64,000 nt of DNA from Dicyema japonicum (lineage: Eukaryota > Animalia > Dicyemida). This document shows, piece after piece, positions 13,338 through 26,010 of this stretch. Below the pieces are notes generated by a model. It was not told the origin of the DNA and ran no database searches. It saw only the letters and a program-made list of their open reading frames with translations. Numbering within the stretch: the stretch's first letter is position 1; every line of letters starts with the position of its first letter. The DNA is taken from NCBI GenBank assembly GCA_011109175.1, contig RDEW01000027.1:472811-536810 (forward strand), in the 5' to 3' direction. The position numbers were made by a program, and so were the translations under genes.

Positions 13338-16300
13338 TTAGCTATTAATTCGTCCAATTAACCAATAAGTGAACATTTTGCCTTTACCCTGAGACTAAAT
13401 AAAATAGTAACTTTGACATCAATATATCCACGTGGTTCGACGATAAATTCAGGATGTTTGTCAATCAATATTTTACTATTTGCTCAATTGTTTTCATTTC
13501 TATCAGAATTACAAATACTCACCTTCACTATTTGACTCCATCCGTGAAGCCGTGTTGACTGTGTCTCCAAAAAGGCAATATTTTGGACGTTTTTTCCCCA
13601 CAATTCCAGCACAAACAGGACCTTGACTAACCAAGGAATCAGAACCCGAATGAATCCCAATTCTGATTTTGACTGAATCTTTCAAAGAGGTAATTTCTAT
13701 TTGTGAAACGGCTTTTATTATTTCCAGAGACATCCCCGCGATCTCTTTCACATGGGTATCGTTTTCTTCCGGCAGTCCTGATACCACCATATATGCGTCC
13801 CAACAGTTTCCATCTTTTAGTCAAAACGACATAATACTTTGTAAACGTTAAAGTTATTGCCAATTTCATCCATTATTGAATACAAACTATTCAACAAACA
13901 CAAGACGTCTATAGGCTCAATTTTTGAGCTTATTTCTGTAAATCCGACAATATCACTGAAAAAGATCGTCACTGACTCAAAACGTATGGCATTGTAAGTC
14001 TCTCCATTTCTCAGATTTTCTGCAACCGACCTATTCTATCAACTAAAGAAATAACCTTGGAAGCATTTCATATAGTAAATCCTCAGATCTTCTCAAAAGC
14101 TCATCTGATCGGATCATTTCAAAATTTAGTTTACGAGTTCTTTCTTCCACAAGCTCTTTCAAGTTGGACGTATGGCACTCCAACTGGACCAATAGATGGT
14201 CCACCACACAGTGTGAGTCAATGTCTCCCCAATAATGCCTAAATTAAATATATACGCTACTGAAATTTATGCTTCATTTTTTTGGCTGAGGGTCTTTTGG
14301 AAGGAAAGACGTTGAAACATTTTAAAATTTCTTTTTGAAGGCAAGCTATGCAATTGTCTATTGGAATTGCGAATATTTGAAGGATTTCTTCGTTTCTAAC
14401 AAAACTGCTTATTATTTCTGTAAATTTGACTTAAACTTACTACCTGTTGCCTTTAGCCCACGATTTATGTAATCAAATGGGAGAGTTTTATTCAGAATTT
14501 CAACAATAATAACCGCAAAGGAAAACATATCGGCCATTTGAAACTTTCTCACTTTCTTTTTAGCCAATTTCTCACATTTCATTATTTCTGGGGCTGTCCA
14601 TAACAGTTCTAAAAAAGCTTACTACATATACTTTTTGCCAATTTTTCGTCCTCTGGAGAATCTCTTTGATTCTTTTTGGTAATATTCAGTTTTTTTAACA
14701 ACAACCGAAGTTGTACCAAACCCAGCAAGTTTCACTGTATATGTAGACGAGATCATGCAGTTTGTGCTTTTTAGAATTCCATGAAAACCAATCGGGGATT
14801 TGTGCAGTAAATTAATCCCTGTGAGTTTAAGGGATTAATTACATGATAATATCCTGGACAAATGACTTTTGGAACACAATATCTATTTCGAAATCCTTGT
14901 TGTGGATCAAGTCATAGATAGATCCCTTCGAAGCATACTCAAATAAAAAGATAGGATTCAAGGCTGTGAAGGATACTCCCATGAATTTTATAATATTTTC
15001 ATGCTTGAATTTAAATAACTATCAGTTTAGACTTGAAAACTGTATTTAGTTGCTTGAAGGTCTTTTTACATTTTTTGTAGGAAAGACTTATTTCTTTTTT
15101 GAAAAACTTCCTTTCCTATCGCTAAACATCCGTGCTTACTTCAGACGTCACAAAGTTTTTCCGAGAATCAGAGATTCTTGCGTAGGATGGACGTCTCTTT
15201 TCTAGAAATAAATTGAAATTCGACTGTGGTGATTGCTTCCAATGTTTTTCCATCATTTAATATCCATGATTTTCGGCCAATACTCTTGCAAACTTGAATA
15301 AATAAAACTACTTTCTTTTTTCAAATCGTTTTAAAAACGACATCAACTTTGATGGTTTGCTGCATTTTTGTATTTCAGTGGAATCACTATTTTGTAAGAT
15401 AAAACATTACATATCTAAGTTGGTGTATTTTTTCCCAGAAGCATATCTGAGGTGTAAATTATACGATATTAACTTTCTATTGCGTATTATGGGATATAAA
15501 CAAAAATAATATCATTAATTCTCACATTAGTGCGGAAAGATTAATGATTTTCTCCAAAATTATTTTGTTACTTTACAATGGTTAATTGGTCGCATAGTCA
15601 AGGTGATTAAGAAGTTCTGGTATGCTCAATGTCTTCGTCCTAGAAAGGTAGATATAATAACGTCCCCCTTTTTAATGGAGCCGAGGACATTGAAAACTCG
15701 AAGTTTAGAAATAAAGAAGCAGTCAAGTGTATATGGGTACGAATTCCACTTGGCCTAAATTGGGGAAATTTGGATATGTCTGTCGTGAGAGGGACAAGTG
15801 TGAGATTCATCAAACTAACGTAGTATTTATTATATTTGGTTGAAATTTCACAGGCTTGATTTTTGTCGCGGTTAGTTTTGGAGTCAAGGATTAATCTCAC
15901 AAAGAGGAAGTTATCTCCTCGTAACCTTCCCCAAATTAATAAAAGAATAAACTAAGTTTGAGGATTCATTAATCATAATAGGCTTAACGTCAACTCTTTA
16001 CATACTCTGGAAAATGTAGCACGTGCTTACAAAAATTTAAAGTTGACCCAATGTGAATATTGACCACGTGCCTCGTTTCTCGATAGGCTGACAATCTAGA
16101 AATTAGAAGATACAAACAAAATTTCATCTCTGAAGCTCTTTTTATTATTATTATTACGCTCCTTACATTAAATGCTAGAAGAATATCAAAGGCCTTCTCT
16201 AGGAAGATACTTTGGGATGACCAGGAGGGATATGATGTTTTTAATGCCTGTCTACAAGAGACGGAGATTGCAAACAGTCTCGACAAGAACCACTAAAATT

Positions 16301-16580
16301 ATTGATTATTATGTCTACAAGTGATTCAAAGCATTATGAGATCGGATTTGTCAAGATTGGCTATTGGTCAAAGATCCTACTGAACTGGGACCCAATTTAG
16401 CTTGTGAGTGAAATGATTGGTGTCATCTGAATACGTCCAAACGACCAATCTCCCTCTAAAAGTTATAAATGTTTAGGCACCACACTGGAAAAGTGGCGAA
16501 AGATCCTAGCGAAGAGATCCTTAGCTAACGGAATCTGGGAGATTGATATCCAAAATTGTGTCTTTTTCTGCAATGCTGAG
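13338..16580 (-). CDS. Receptor-type guanylyl cyclase (kinase-homology plus cyclase domains), tiny introns; 5' ectodomain/TM part disrupted, possible pseudogene
   Basis: [100 protein letters not shown] and [11 protein letters not shown] motifs; GTP-specifying E and C present. Extent beyond ~15500 is tentative. Confidence 0.85.
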
Positions 16581-16589
16581 CATAATAAT

Positions 16590-17330
16590 TGTGGTTCTTG
16601 TGAAAGTGCTTATTATTAAAGCAAAACACATAAAACCATTCCATCTTCCACGGTCGTGCGAAACCTCTCTCAAGTCGTCCAGATATTCTTCAAATCTCTT
16701 TTGACGCACTTGAGATCACCAACAATCAAGTATCTAAAAAAGTGCGACTTGTGGGCTTTCACAGAAACGTGTTTCAGTCTCAACGAAGTATTCCTACGAC
16801 GCAATATTAGCGGCTGTATCCATTTCTATTCTTAGCGGGTGTATCCATTATATGTCCGGAGACCCTCCATCTCAAATCAGTGATCTCGAGAATTATAGGA
16901 GCTATGGAGCAAACGCTATATAAAGCTTTCTTGTCATTTTCTTTAGCCAATTAAGCTTGAGCAATGTCCTGAGCTGTCTTCGATGAAATGAGTATATCTC
17001 GAGTTCTTCAACCTTAGACATCGTCCTCGTTGACAAATTTTACAATAAAAGCGTTATATGACTGAAGCATAATAATGTTCAATTGCCTTTTGTCAAGCAT
17101 GTTCTTTTTAACTTTGTTTAGCGCATCTGTAGCAAGTGTCTTTCTTCGAACAATTTCCTCACTGTCTCCAAATAAGAACCCAAACTTATTGGTCTCCCTC
17201 GATGGCTCATCCGATCTTTTTCCATCCATCTGATAACCACTACTTCCGCTTTTGAAACATTGTCAGGTACCATGTCTTATCGATGTGCTGTCTTCAGAGA
17301 CGAAAGTCAAAGGCCTCGATGAGTGTCACG
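16590..17330 (-). mobile_element. Decayed RTE-like LINE 3' part
   Basis: GFLFGDSEEIVRRKTLA and YLDDLREVSHDRGRW motifs, as in the 12007-12646 copy. Confidence 0.7.
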
Positions 17331-17334
17331 GAGA

Positions 17335-17700
17335 TTACATATTAATTTTGCTCACTGTGCGCGGTGCCCAAGGACTTGATTAAAGGATTATAGCTTTCTG
17401 GAGGATCAGGGATAGAATAAGCATTATTCAATTACGCGTTGGGCCTTAATGAATCTGGAAGATTAACGTCCATCGTCAATGTATAAGCATCCCATTGCGG
17501 TCATGTCTTGAAGGATTCAAAAGAGCTGGATGCTATCTACCGTAGAATACTTGGAGTCCTCTACGATTCTTTTTATTGCGGGTGATCTGAATGCTAAAGT
17601 TAGATTACAAGGGGATGGAACGTTTCACTTGAGTACATGGAAGGGAGAAGGGGAGCAATTGCCATCATACGGCAACTGGAGGGAAAGCCACGTGCTCGAT
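17335..17700 (+). mobile_element. RTE-like AP-endonuclease fragment
   Basis: FIAGDLNAKV motif at ~17572-17601. Confidence 0.55.
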
Positions 17701-17765
17701 TAAGAACAGAATTAAATTAACGAGAGGAGGTTTGATTGGAATTAAATTCCCATTTAATAATTTAT

Positions 17766-19001
17766 TTAGGTAATAGAATAATTAGTATTTATCAAAGATT
17801 TTTTCAATTTCATCGGCGTAAAAACTGCTTCTGTTGATTCGTTTGATATTTCCTTCGTCAAGATTTGAATTATTGATGATTCCTGTTTGTAAAAATATTT
17901 GAAATTGGCGGAAATTACGGGGATGGCGAATGAAATTATGAGTATACCTGAAAGGACGCACACTGTTCCTACCATCTTGCCGTACAGTCCCGTTGGTTTC
18001 ATATCTCCATATCCAATGGTTGTCATGGTAACCACTGCCCACCAAAAGACTGACGGAATGCTATCGAACCCAGGATTATCCTCTTCCAACTCGGCGAAAT
18101 ATTTAAACGAAGAAAATAAAATCATTCCGATCACAAAATATAAGAACACGTAAGATAATTCCTTGATAGACGCATGGAATGTGCGTTTTAACAATTTGAA
18201 AATTTTAAAATATTTTGCCAGTTTGAAAATTCTGGTAATTTGAATTATCATTAAAAGTCGGACAATCACGGCGAATGCTTGATAAGACAAATATCCTCGG
18301 TTATGTAGCATCTGGATTAAAATCTGCAAATAAAAAGGAACCATAGCCAAAACGTCAATAAAAAAAGCAAAACTAGTCAATATTGGGGCAAACTTCGGGC
18401 AGCATATAAGCCGGACAAATACTTCCAAGGCGAAAAACCCAGAACAGAATGCCTCAATTATGAAGATAAAGTCGATTATTTTGATGTTTTCTTTGGATTG
18501 AGCATATTTTGGAATAGATCGCAGGCACAAGTTAACGAAAGACAGCACGGTGATCAAAATAGAGACAAGTTTGATGAAATATCCGGTCAACGAAAAATCA
18601 GGGTATTCGATTGTAATCCAAACTGTCTTCAAAAATTTGTTTTTTGGAAAAATTGGTATTTTGGCTGGTTTATAAGGACCGATTCCTTCATTCAAATACA
18701 ATTTGGCAATATCCGCCTCATTTATTTCAAAAAAGATCACTTCTCGGGAGCAAATATCGAATGAGACGTCTTCTGGTTTTTTCAAATATCCGTTATTTTG
18801 ATAATAATCGGCGATTGCATCAAAACTGTCACGGTGACGATCAAAAAAGTATTCATTTTTCTTTTTGTCAAAGTATTTTTCCGATTTAGCCAAATTTCCA
18901 AGCAAACTAGTCGGAAATTTGTCGATAGATTTTTTGAGAATTTCAAATCTCCGTCCACTTACGTTAACTGTTATTCTTTCGTGCATTTCCACCAATTGCA
19001 C
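17766..19001 (-). CDS. Voltage-gated potassium channel, Shaker/Kv1 family, intronless, 411 aa
   Basis: T1 domain (ERITVNVSGRRFE, EYFFDRHRDSFDAI), S1-S6, pore FWWAVVTMTTIGYGDM and S6 ..PVISANFKYFY. Confidence 0.95.
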   Translation of the reverse strand: MQLVEMHERITVNVSGRRFEILKKSIDKFPTSLLGNLAKSEKYFDKKKNEYFFDRHRDSFDAIADYYQNNGYLKKPEDVSFDICSREVIFFEINEADIAKLYLNEGIGPYKPAKIPIFPKNKFLKTVWITIEYPDFSLTGYFIKLVSILITVLSFVNLCLRSIPKYAQSKENIKIIDFIFIIEAFCSGFFALEVFVRLICCPKFAPILTSFAFFIDVLAMVPFYLQILIQMLHNRGYLSYQAFAVIVRLLMIIQITRIFKLAKYFKIFKLLKRTFHASIKELSYVFLYFVIGMILFSSFKYFAELEEDNPGFDSIPSVFWWAVVTMTTIGYGDMKPTGLYGKMVGTVCVLSGILIISFAIPVISANFKYFYKQESSIIQILTKEISNESTEAVFTPMKLKKSLINTNYSIT

Positions 19002-19184
19002 GTGTCAAGTCAAACTTATTGCTATTTATGAATTTTGATATTAAATCGATGGATTTTAGTAATCTTTTAGTATTTGATAAATGCTGTTTTCCATTAATGA
19101 AATCGATTTTACTGATTTACTGAATATAATCCATTTCTTGTTTAATCCTGTTTATATTTTTATTAAGGGGTACATTTAGCTAAA

Positions 19185-19590
19185 ATAGCGGTGGTTCAGT
19201 GTCATGAATGCTGACCAAAGTTCTGATGTCCCTGGGTTCGAATCTCGCTGCTATACGTTCAGGCTGAAGGTTCCACAAATCTATGATGCTTTAAGTATGG
19301 TGAGTGACGCTGCTTCGACCTGGGAAAACCTAAAAATCAAAAAATATTCTTGCCTTTGGGACCGGTACCGATTTACTCTTGTTGCGGTCGAGTTGGTCCA
19401 ATGACGGCTAAGTTCTTGCGCGAACTTGGAGGAATGCTTGCCAGAAAAAAAGGGATCAGCGAGAAGGGTTCTGGATGAGACAAAAGATTGGACTGGCCAT
19501 ACTCCGAGAGAACTCGTTCGCGATCCATGCAGCAGACTTCCTCAGTTAACATTTGTTTTTTTGTTAAATAATTGTCTTTAAAATAAAAAA
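19185..19590 (+). mobile_element. tRNA-SINE head and half body (19185-19310) joined to CRE-like 3' end (19310-19590)
   Basis: A/B boxes (tggttcagtg, ggttcgaatc) and SINE body up to gagtgacgc, then ENLKIKKYSCLWDRYRF matching 25710-25960. Confidence 0.8.
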
Positions 19591-19654
19591 TAAAATCAGA
19601 TGTTGAATGAACGTTTTATATCAAGAAAAAATGTCTTCCAAAATGTAGATTTAC

Positions 19655-19950
19655 TTATTTATTTATTTATTAACCCGGATACACCGAGAAAGAAGTAAAA
19701 CTAAACAACTAATTAAGTGTATCCAGTTTCCACTTCTACAGAAACAGAGTGGAATCAGCATAAAGGGCAAGACGTCCATTACATGCAGTTGTGGAAACCC
19801 CTCCAGTGGAGTGGGGTAGATCCATTTCGGAGTATAAAAAAGGTTTGACAAGACACGAGAAATGTGATATACCGTAGTCATCAAGTGAACATGAAGGTAA
19901 AAGTGATGAGTTTGCCTGCCCGGTCTTGTATAGGTAGGCATTGAGCAAAA
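19655..19950 (-). mobile_element. I/Jockey-group LINE 3' end
   Basis: LNAYLYKTGQANSSLLPSCSLDD..HFSCLVKP decayed CCHC region plus family tail. Confidence 0.7.
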
Positions 19951-20369
19951 TGACTTAAATGATTTTTCACATTCGAAATCTCTGGAACTGTTTTGTTTGG
20001 TATCAGAACAACTTAAATTGATTTGAATCTTAAAACTATTAATGGTAACAAAGCTCGTATAGAATAGCGTCCGGGTAAAGGATCACGGCTTCGGAAAACT
20101 TGCCTACAGACGAGTTGTCCCCAAATTCGCATATAAAATAGACAACTCACTATATTTTAATTTTATTTATACTCATTTTTATTAAATATTTTGTCACCGT
20201 TGAATAGTTTAATTTTTAGTTAAAATCGTTAATATTTTAAAAACATATAATAGCAAAAAACCAGTCAATATGAATAGAGTGTAATTTTAATGATATTTTA
20301 TTAATCTTAATTAACAAAAATTTTATTAATATTTAAAAATAAAAAAAATTATTTTATTTCTGCACATGA

Positions 20370-21545
20370 GCTACAACGGAACTAAAGTATCTTGGACTTC
20401 TTGCTTTAGATTTAATTGCTTACATATTCATAATATCAACAAATATGAACACTATTCCGGATGTCTGAAAGAGATCATACATCAAATCGATCTTGAAGCC
20501 AGGAAAATCCGAAAATGACCCCTCTTCCTACAGACCAATCTCGATCCTATGTTCACTTTCCCGAACACTCGAAAGATTAGTTCTTGAAAATATCAAAGAC
20601 AACATCCCGCTCTCTCCTTTCCAACATGGATTCCGGGCTAAACACTTTACAGCAACATACCTAACGTCCCTGTGCCAGTTTATTGCGGATGGATTCAATT
20701 CCACTAAATCACACCAACGAACAGTCTTGGTCTCTATTGATATAACAAAGGCTTTCGACACAGTCTCAAGAAAACTCCTTACTGAGAAAATTTACGGTAC
20801 ATGCATCCACCCAAACATAAAACTATGGATTGCCAACTTCTTAAGTGGGGGACGTGGACAAGTGATTTGTAATAACATATAGTCAAAATCCCGTCTCATA
20901 CCAAATGGAGTCCTTCAAGGATCGCCAGCCCTTTTCAATCTCTACAAAAACGACATGCCACAAACCTGTAATGAAAACTGCCTAATCCTCTCCTATGCCG
21001 ACGATATCATTCTTGCCTCCAAAGACAGAACCATTCAATCAGCGACTCAGTTGGCTCAACAAATGCTCGACAACTTGGAACTATGGCTCTTGAAGCGGAG
21101 ACTCGACGCATCAGCAACAAAGTCTTCTGTCACACTGTTTAAAACTTACAAAAAACAGCTCTTTATCGAACCAAAAATTTTTATGAAGAACGAGGCTATC
21201 CCTTTTAACAAAACACCGAAGATTCTGGGAATCACCTTTGATCAGGGACTCACCTTTATCCAACATGTTGAGAACATAGTAACTCCTGCTCTGAAGAAAA
21301 TGAGAATTTTAAAAGTGCTCTCAATAACACATAGAGACCAAACCGGTGGCTTTGCAACGATTTATTCTCAATTTATCCGACTTACGATGACGTATGCAAG
21401 TCCTTTGTGGGGAATGAAGATTCCACGATCCTCTTCATTGATACTATCGGCAATCCAGGAGACCGTAATAAGAATAATTGGATCAGAACACAAAATCCAG
21501 CCTATTAAAAATCTCTTAATCGAATTACAACGGAAACTTTAAAAA
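20370..21545 (+). mobile_element. I/Jockey-group LINE reverse transcriptase (disrupted)
   Basis: KPGK..SYRPISIL, QHGFR, IDITKAFDTV, SYADDI, KILGITFD and TYASPLW motifs. Confidence 0.9.
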
Positions 21546-21769
21546 AAGGCTATTCTACCGAGCTGCCCTCTATTCCATGCACTATCGAATTATTTACAAT
21601 CATACAGAAATTTTGAGCCGATGCAATGTCCAATGAGAAGAGCTGTTCAGGATTCTCGACCCTGACAGACTCGTCCTCTTCCTTGTCGGTCTGGGATCAC
21701 TTAGTTGAGAACCTTTTATTTCTTTTCTTTGACCCAGTGATCCTGGAGGTAATAATAATGGTTTCAAGC

Positions 21770-22400
21770 TTAAAGTTTAACATTGATGGGTCGCGTCAGA
21801 TAATCGAATATCTATAAAATTGATATCTTGATGCGTCGCTTTCAAGAAAGAGTATATTCTTTCATGAGCACCGTGGGTTCAAGGCCAGGTTGAGAGGTAC
21901 ACTTTACATAATAGTGTATAGGTTAAATCAATCTCTTAAAAATGGTTATCATCCTTTTCTTCTACTGAAGGAATTCTGGGAAAATATCAATGCAGTCTGG
22001 GAGATATTGTATTCAGTTACAAAATTACCAATCACGATACCACCAAAAACATGCTCCATTCAAGATTTTTAATGGAGTGGATTATCCTCCACAAATATCA
22101 ATGTACGTTTAAGTAGATTACTACAGTATGAAGAAAATAAAGACTTATCTTTGACACGTGATTCTGCTCGAAGGCATACTTGGTAGTTGCAGAAAAAATG
22201 CGAAAGAAAAGAAGATGGAAAAATGATGAAGAATCGTTGAATGTAGGAGAGAGTCGTTCTATGAATGGACTGTGATTACAATCAAACAACGAAAAAAAGT
22301 CCATTATGTGAGCACTTGGACACAACAGTTTATCTAGTAGTGGATATATGGTCCACATAGATGGTGGCAACTTGGAAATAATGATAGTCCACCAAAGACG
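21770..22400 (+). mobile_element. Highly decayed RTE-like 3' region
   Basis: Only weak remnants of RTE C-terminal motifs. Confidence 0.3.
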
Positions 22401-22582
22401 AGTTATAATATTATTTTAAATGACTTTCCTATTCAAAAAATATTTTTAAATCTTTTTGGCTTAATGTGGAGATTAGATCTAGTTGTTGATTAGGAATGAG
22501 ATTAGGTATTGATTATGGTGATGTTGAATATTACTTAGGGATGACATCACACTTAGTTATTTTTACGATTGAATTTGTCAAA

Positions 22583-22775
22583 GTTATGGTTAAAATTATA
22601 ATTATACATGGTTAAAGTTTTTAATTTAAGGATAAAAATTACGGTTTAAAGTTAGGGTTTATATTTAGGGTTAGGGTTTAGGGATTATTGTTAAGGAAAG
22701 GGTTAGCGATTAGGGTTATGTCTGAGTAGGAGTTTTAATGCTATGGAACTTATATTAGTTAGTAAAGGAAAGGGC
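22583..22775 (+). repeat. Degenerate interstitial TTAGGG-like tract
   Basis: Perfect TTAGGG at 22652, 22665, 22671, 22678 and 22710 within a 6-nt periodic G/T-rich tract. Confidence 0.6.
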
Positions 22776-22959
22776 TATGAGAAGAATAATTTTTTAATAT
22801 TGAAAGTTGTTTTTCGCTTAGTTTTTTTGTTTAATAAATTTTCTACATAAATTGTTTTTAGGTTGTTATGATTTCATATTTTGCATGAATAATTAAGGCC
22901 AGACTTTGGATTTGATAAAAATGGAATATTTAATTAACGTATACACGTTTATTAAGTGG

Positions 22960-25900
22960 TGTGGTGTGATCAACAAAAATCTCATGGAAAATAAAAACGA
23001 AAAGAAGACAAAGTACGAGGAACAAATCCAGTACGGACAAATCAGGTATGTTTTTTATGTGGACAATCGAACATCAGGAAATATGGGATTAACTGCACAC
23101 AATGTGAATCATTCGCCCATCTGGGCTGCATAAAAATGAGTAAAGCTTGCGCCGAGACTCTGTCGAGTTGACTGTGCCCCTCTTGTATTGGAATGGAGGC
23201 CCCCAGGCGGGAAAAAATAACTCAGTCAAACTTTACACTGCCACAAACATACCATACTCTCTTGAAGATCTCGAACCTCCGGAAAGCCATAAAGATCCCA
23301 GTAAAAATCCCTAAAGGAGTACGAATTGCCGCAGCAACGTGTCTTTCAGATGCCATTGATCACGCACTATCCTCTGACAGTTGGGAATCCTGGCTAAAAC
23401 TTATATGCTTTGCACCTGTCGCACTCGGAATACCTACAAAGGAATCTGAGGACAATAATAAAGAAACAAACTCCCGACTCAACTTATCCGGGAAACTGAA
23501 ACGAAACATAATGAATTTTAGCTGTCATAACATACACGCAATACTTGAACATCCACTTAATGTCAATGAGGTCGAAACCAGAGGAGCATTCATCAAAGAT
23601 GCCCCCAACAAACTAAAGGAGAGAGTAAACCGGAAACTTCTGGAAGGCGACGTGCGGGCAGCCTTACGAGTTATCACATCCGATGACACAGTATTGTCTT
23701 GTACCCCCGAGGTCCTAAATACCTTAATACTAAAGCATCCAGATGCACCGACTGACTATGAAAAGTTTTTGAATCCTGAAGGAACCCAGGAGATAATCAT
23801 TACTGAATCCGAAGTGCGCCACGGAATAACTTCCTTCGCGGCTAGCAGCGGTGGAGGCTTGGAAGGGTTACGTCCTGGCCATATTAAGGACCTTACGTCC
23901 ACTTACACCTCGGAAGCTGGACGCTGTCTTGTCAAATCAATTACGGACCTAATCAGAAAAATGGTTAACGGCGACATCCCAAAATATGCCAGAGAATTGC
24001 TCTTCTCTGCAAGGCTACTTGCTTTCAAAAAACCCAACGGAGGAATCCGCCCCATTGCGGTCGGGAACTATTTTAGAAGACTTGCAGCAAAAGTAGCATC
24101 GACCATGGTGAGCCGACAACTCGGAGAGGAGTTCTTTCCTAAACAAATGGGTGTTAGTATCCAGAACGGATGTGAGGTTGCGGTTCATGCAGCAAGGCGT
24201 TTCTTCACACAGAAAAATATTTCAAATGAATGCATTGGAATCAAGTTGGACATAACGAATGCCTTTAATTCTCTCAGAAGAGACGAAATTATGAAAACGT
24301 GTTGGAAGAGGGCTCCAAAGCTTTTCCCTCTTGTCAATCTATCCTATGGGGAAGATACGTCTTTGGTTTTTGAAAATGAAATTATTAAATCAAAAACGGG
24401 TGTACAACAAGGAGATCCGCTCGGACCTCTATTATTTGCCTTGACCATTGATGAGGTTGTGAGTCAATTGATGCTCAGCTAAATCTCTGGTACCTCGATG
24501 ATGCCACAATTGGAGGATCGTTCAAAGAAACATACAATTCATTACGTAAAGCGTTACCCGCTTTAAAACATTTGGGCTTGGACATCAATGTTAACAAATC
24601 AGAGCTAATAAATGTCTCATATCCATACACCGACTTCCTCTCTATCAAGGAGTCTTTTAACGAACTGCTTCCTGGGATCCCGACTGTGCCAGTTGATAAA
24701 TTATATTTCCTCGGATGCCCACTCAGCGAAGAAGAACTCAAGAACCATCTACTTTCCAAAAATGAAGAATTAACACGCCTTGCGAAAAGATTGTCATGTC
24801 TCGACTCTCACACATCTTTCTTCCTGATGAGAAACAACATCGGACTACCCAAGCTTTTATATCTACTCCGATGTTCACCCTGCTACGAACAATATGACAT
24901 TCTACTTTCAATAGACAAGTCTCTCAAGCAAACTGTTGAGTCACTAATTAACGTCCGCTTCGACGAACTTGGTTGGAAACAATGTAAGCTTCCCTCTGGA
25001 TTTGGGGGTGTCGGAATGAGATCGGCGCTGGAGGTTGCGTACCCGGCATATCTATCGTCTCTCTCAAGCTGCAGCCATTTGACACGGCAAGTCCTTCATA
25101 ACACTATTGGACTTCGCTGGAATGAGTCATTTGACGAAGCTTGTCGGAAATGGAACGGGTCCGGACTCAAAATCCCCGAAGACACAACAAAGCAAAGTAA
25201 TTGGGATGACATTGTCTGCTCCAAAATTTTGGAAGACCTTAAAAAAGAAGCAAATCAACATCGTCTGGCTTGTTTGGTGTCAGCTTCAAGTAGAGGGAGT
25301 GGAGCATGGCTTGGTGCAATACCTTGCCCAAACCTCGGGACCTTTTTGGACGACGATTCTTTGAGGATTGGAATCGGACAAAGGCTGGGACTAGACGTTT
25401 GCCAGGAGCACCGATGCCGATGCGGGAAAACAGTCGATGCGAAAGGATTGCACCCGCTGTCCTGCAGAAGAAGCGCCGGAAGGGGACCACGTCATGCTGC
25501 TCTGAATGATGTGATCGTCAGAGCTCTGAAGGCTTCAGGCTTCCCAGCTTGAACCAGTGGGTCTTGATCGAGGAGATGGGAAGAGACCTGACGGGATGAC
25601 CCTTTTCCCCTTCACGTCTGGAAGATCTTTGGTCTGGGACGCAACTTGCATAGACACGTTCTCAAGCACGAACATTTTTAAATCGTTCATACACCTGGAA
25701 CAGCTGCTTCGACTGCGGAGAACCTAAAAATCAAGAAATATTCTTGCCTCGTGGATCGCTACCGATTTACTCCTGTTGCGACCGAATCATCGGGAGCCGT
25801 TGGTCCAATGACGGCTGAATTCTTGCAAGAACTAGGAGGATTGCTCGCCAGAAAGAAAAGGGTTCAACGAGAAGGGTTATGGCTAAGACAAAAGATAGGA

Positions 25901-26010
25901 ATAGCCATACTCCGAGGGAACTCGTTCGCAATCCACGCAGCAGGCTTCCTCAACTGACATTTGTTTAATTGTTAAAAAAAAATTTTGTTTTAAAAAAAAT
26001 TGAATAAAAT
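22960..26010 (+). mobile_element. Near full-length CRE-like non-LTR retrotransposon: PHD finger, RT, CCHC, restriction-like endonuclease; one stop and several frameshifts
   Basis: CFLC..CTQC..HLGC..(W>stop)LCPSC; KKPNGGIRPIAVG, LDITNAFNS, GVQQGDPLGP, WYLDD; CRCG..HPLSC, RHAALND, KRPDG..LVWDATC, ILRGN; A-rich 3' end. Confidence 0.9.

Noticed and set aside
19185-19260. Functional tRNA gene
   Set aside because: A/B boxes are present but there is no clean cloverleaf, and it is followed by the SINE body in several copies.
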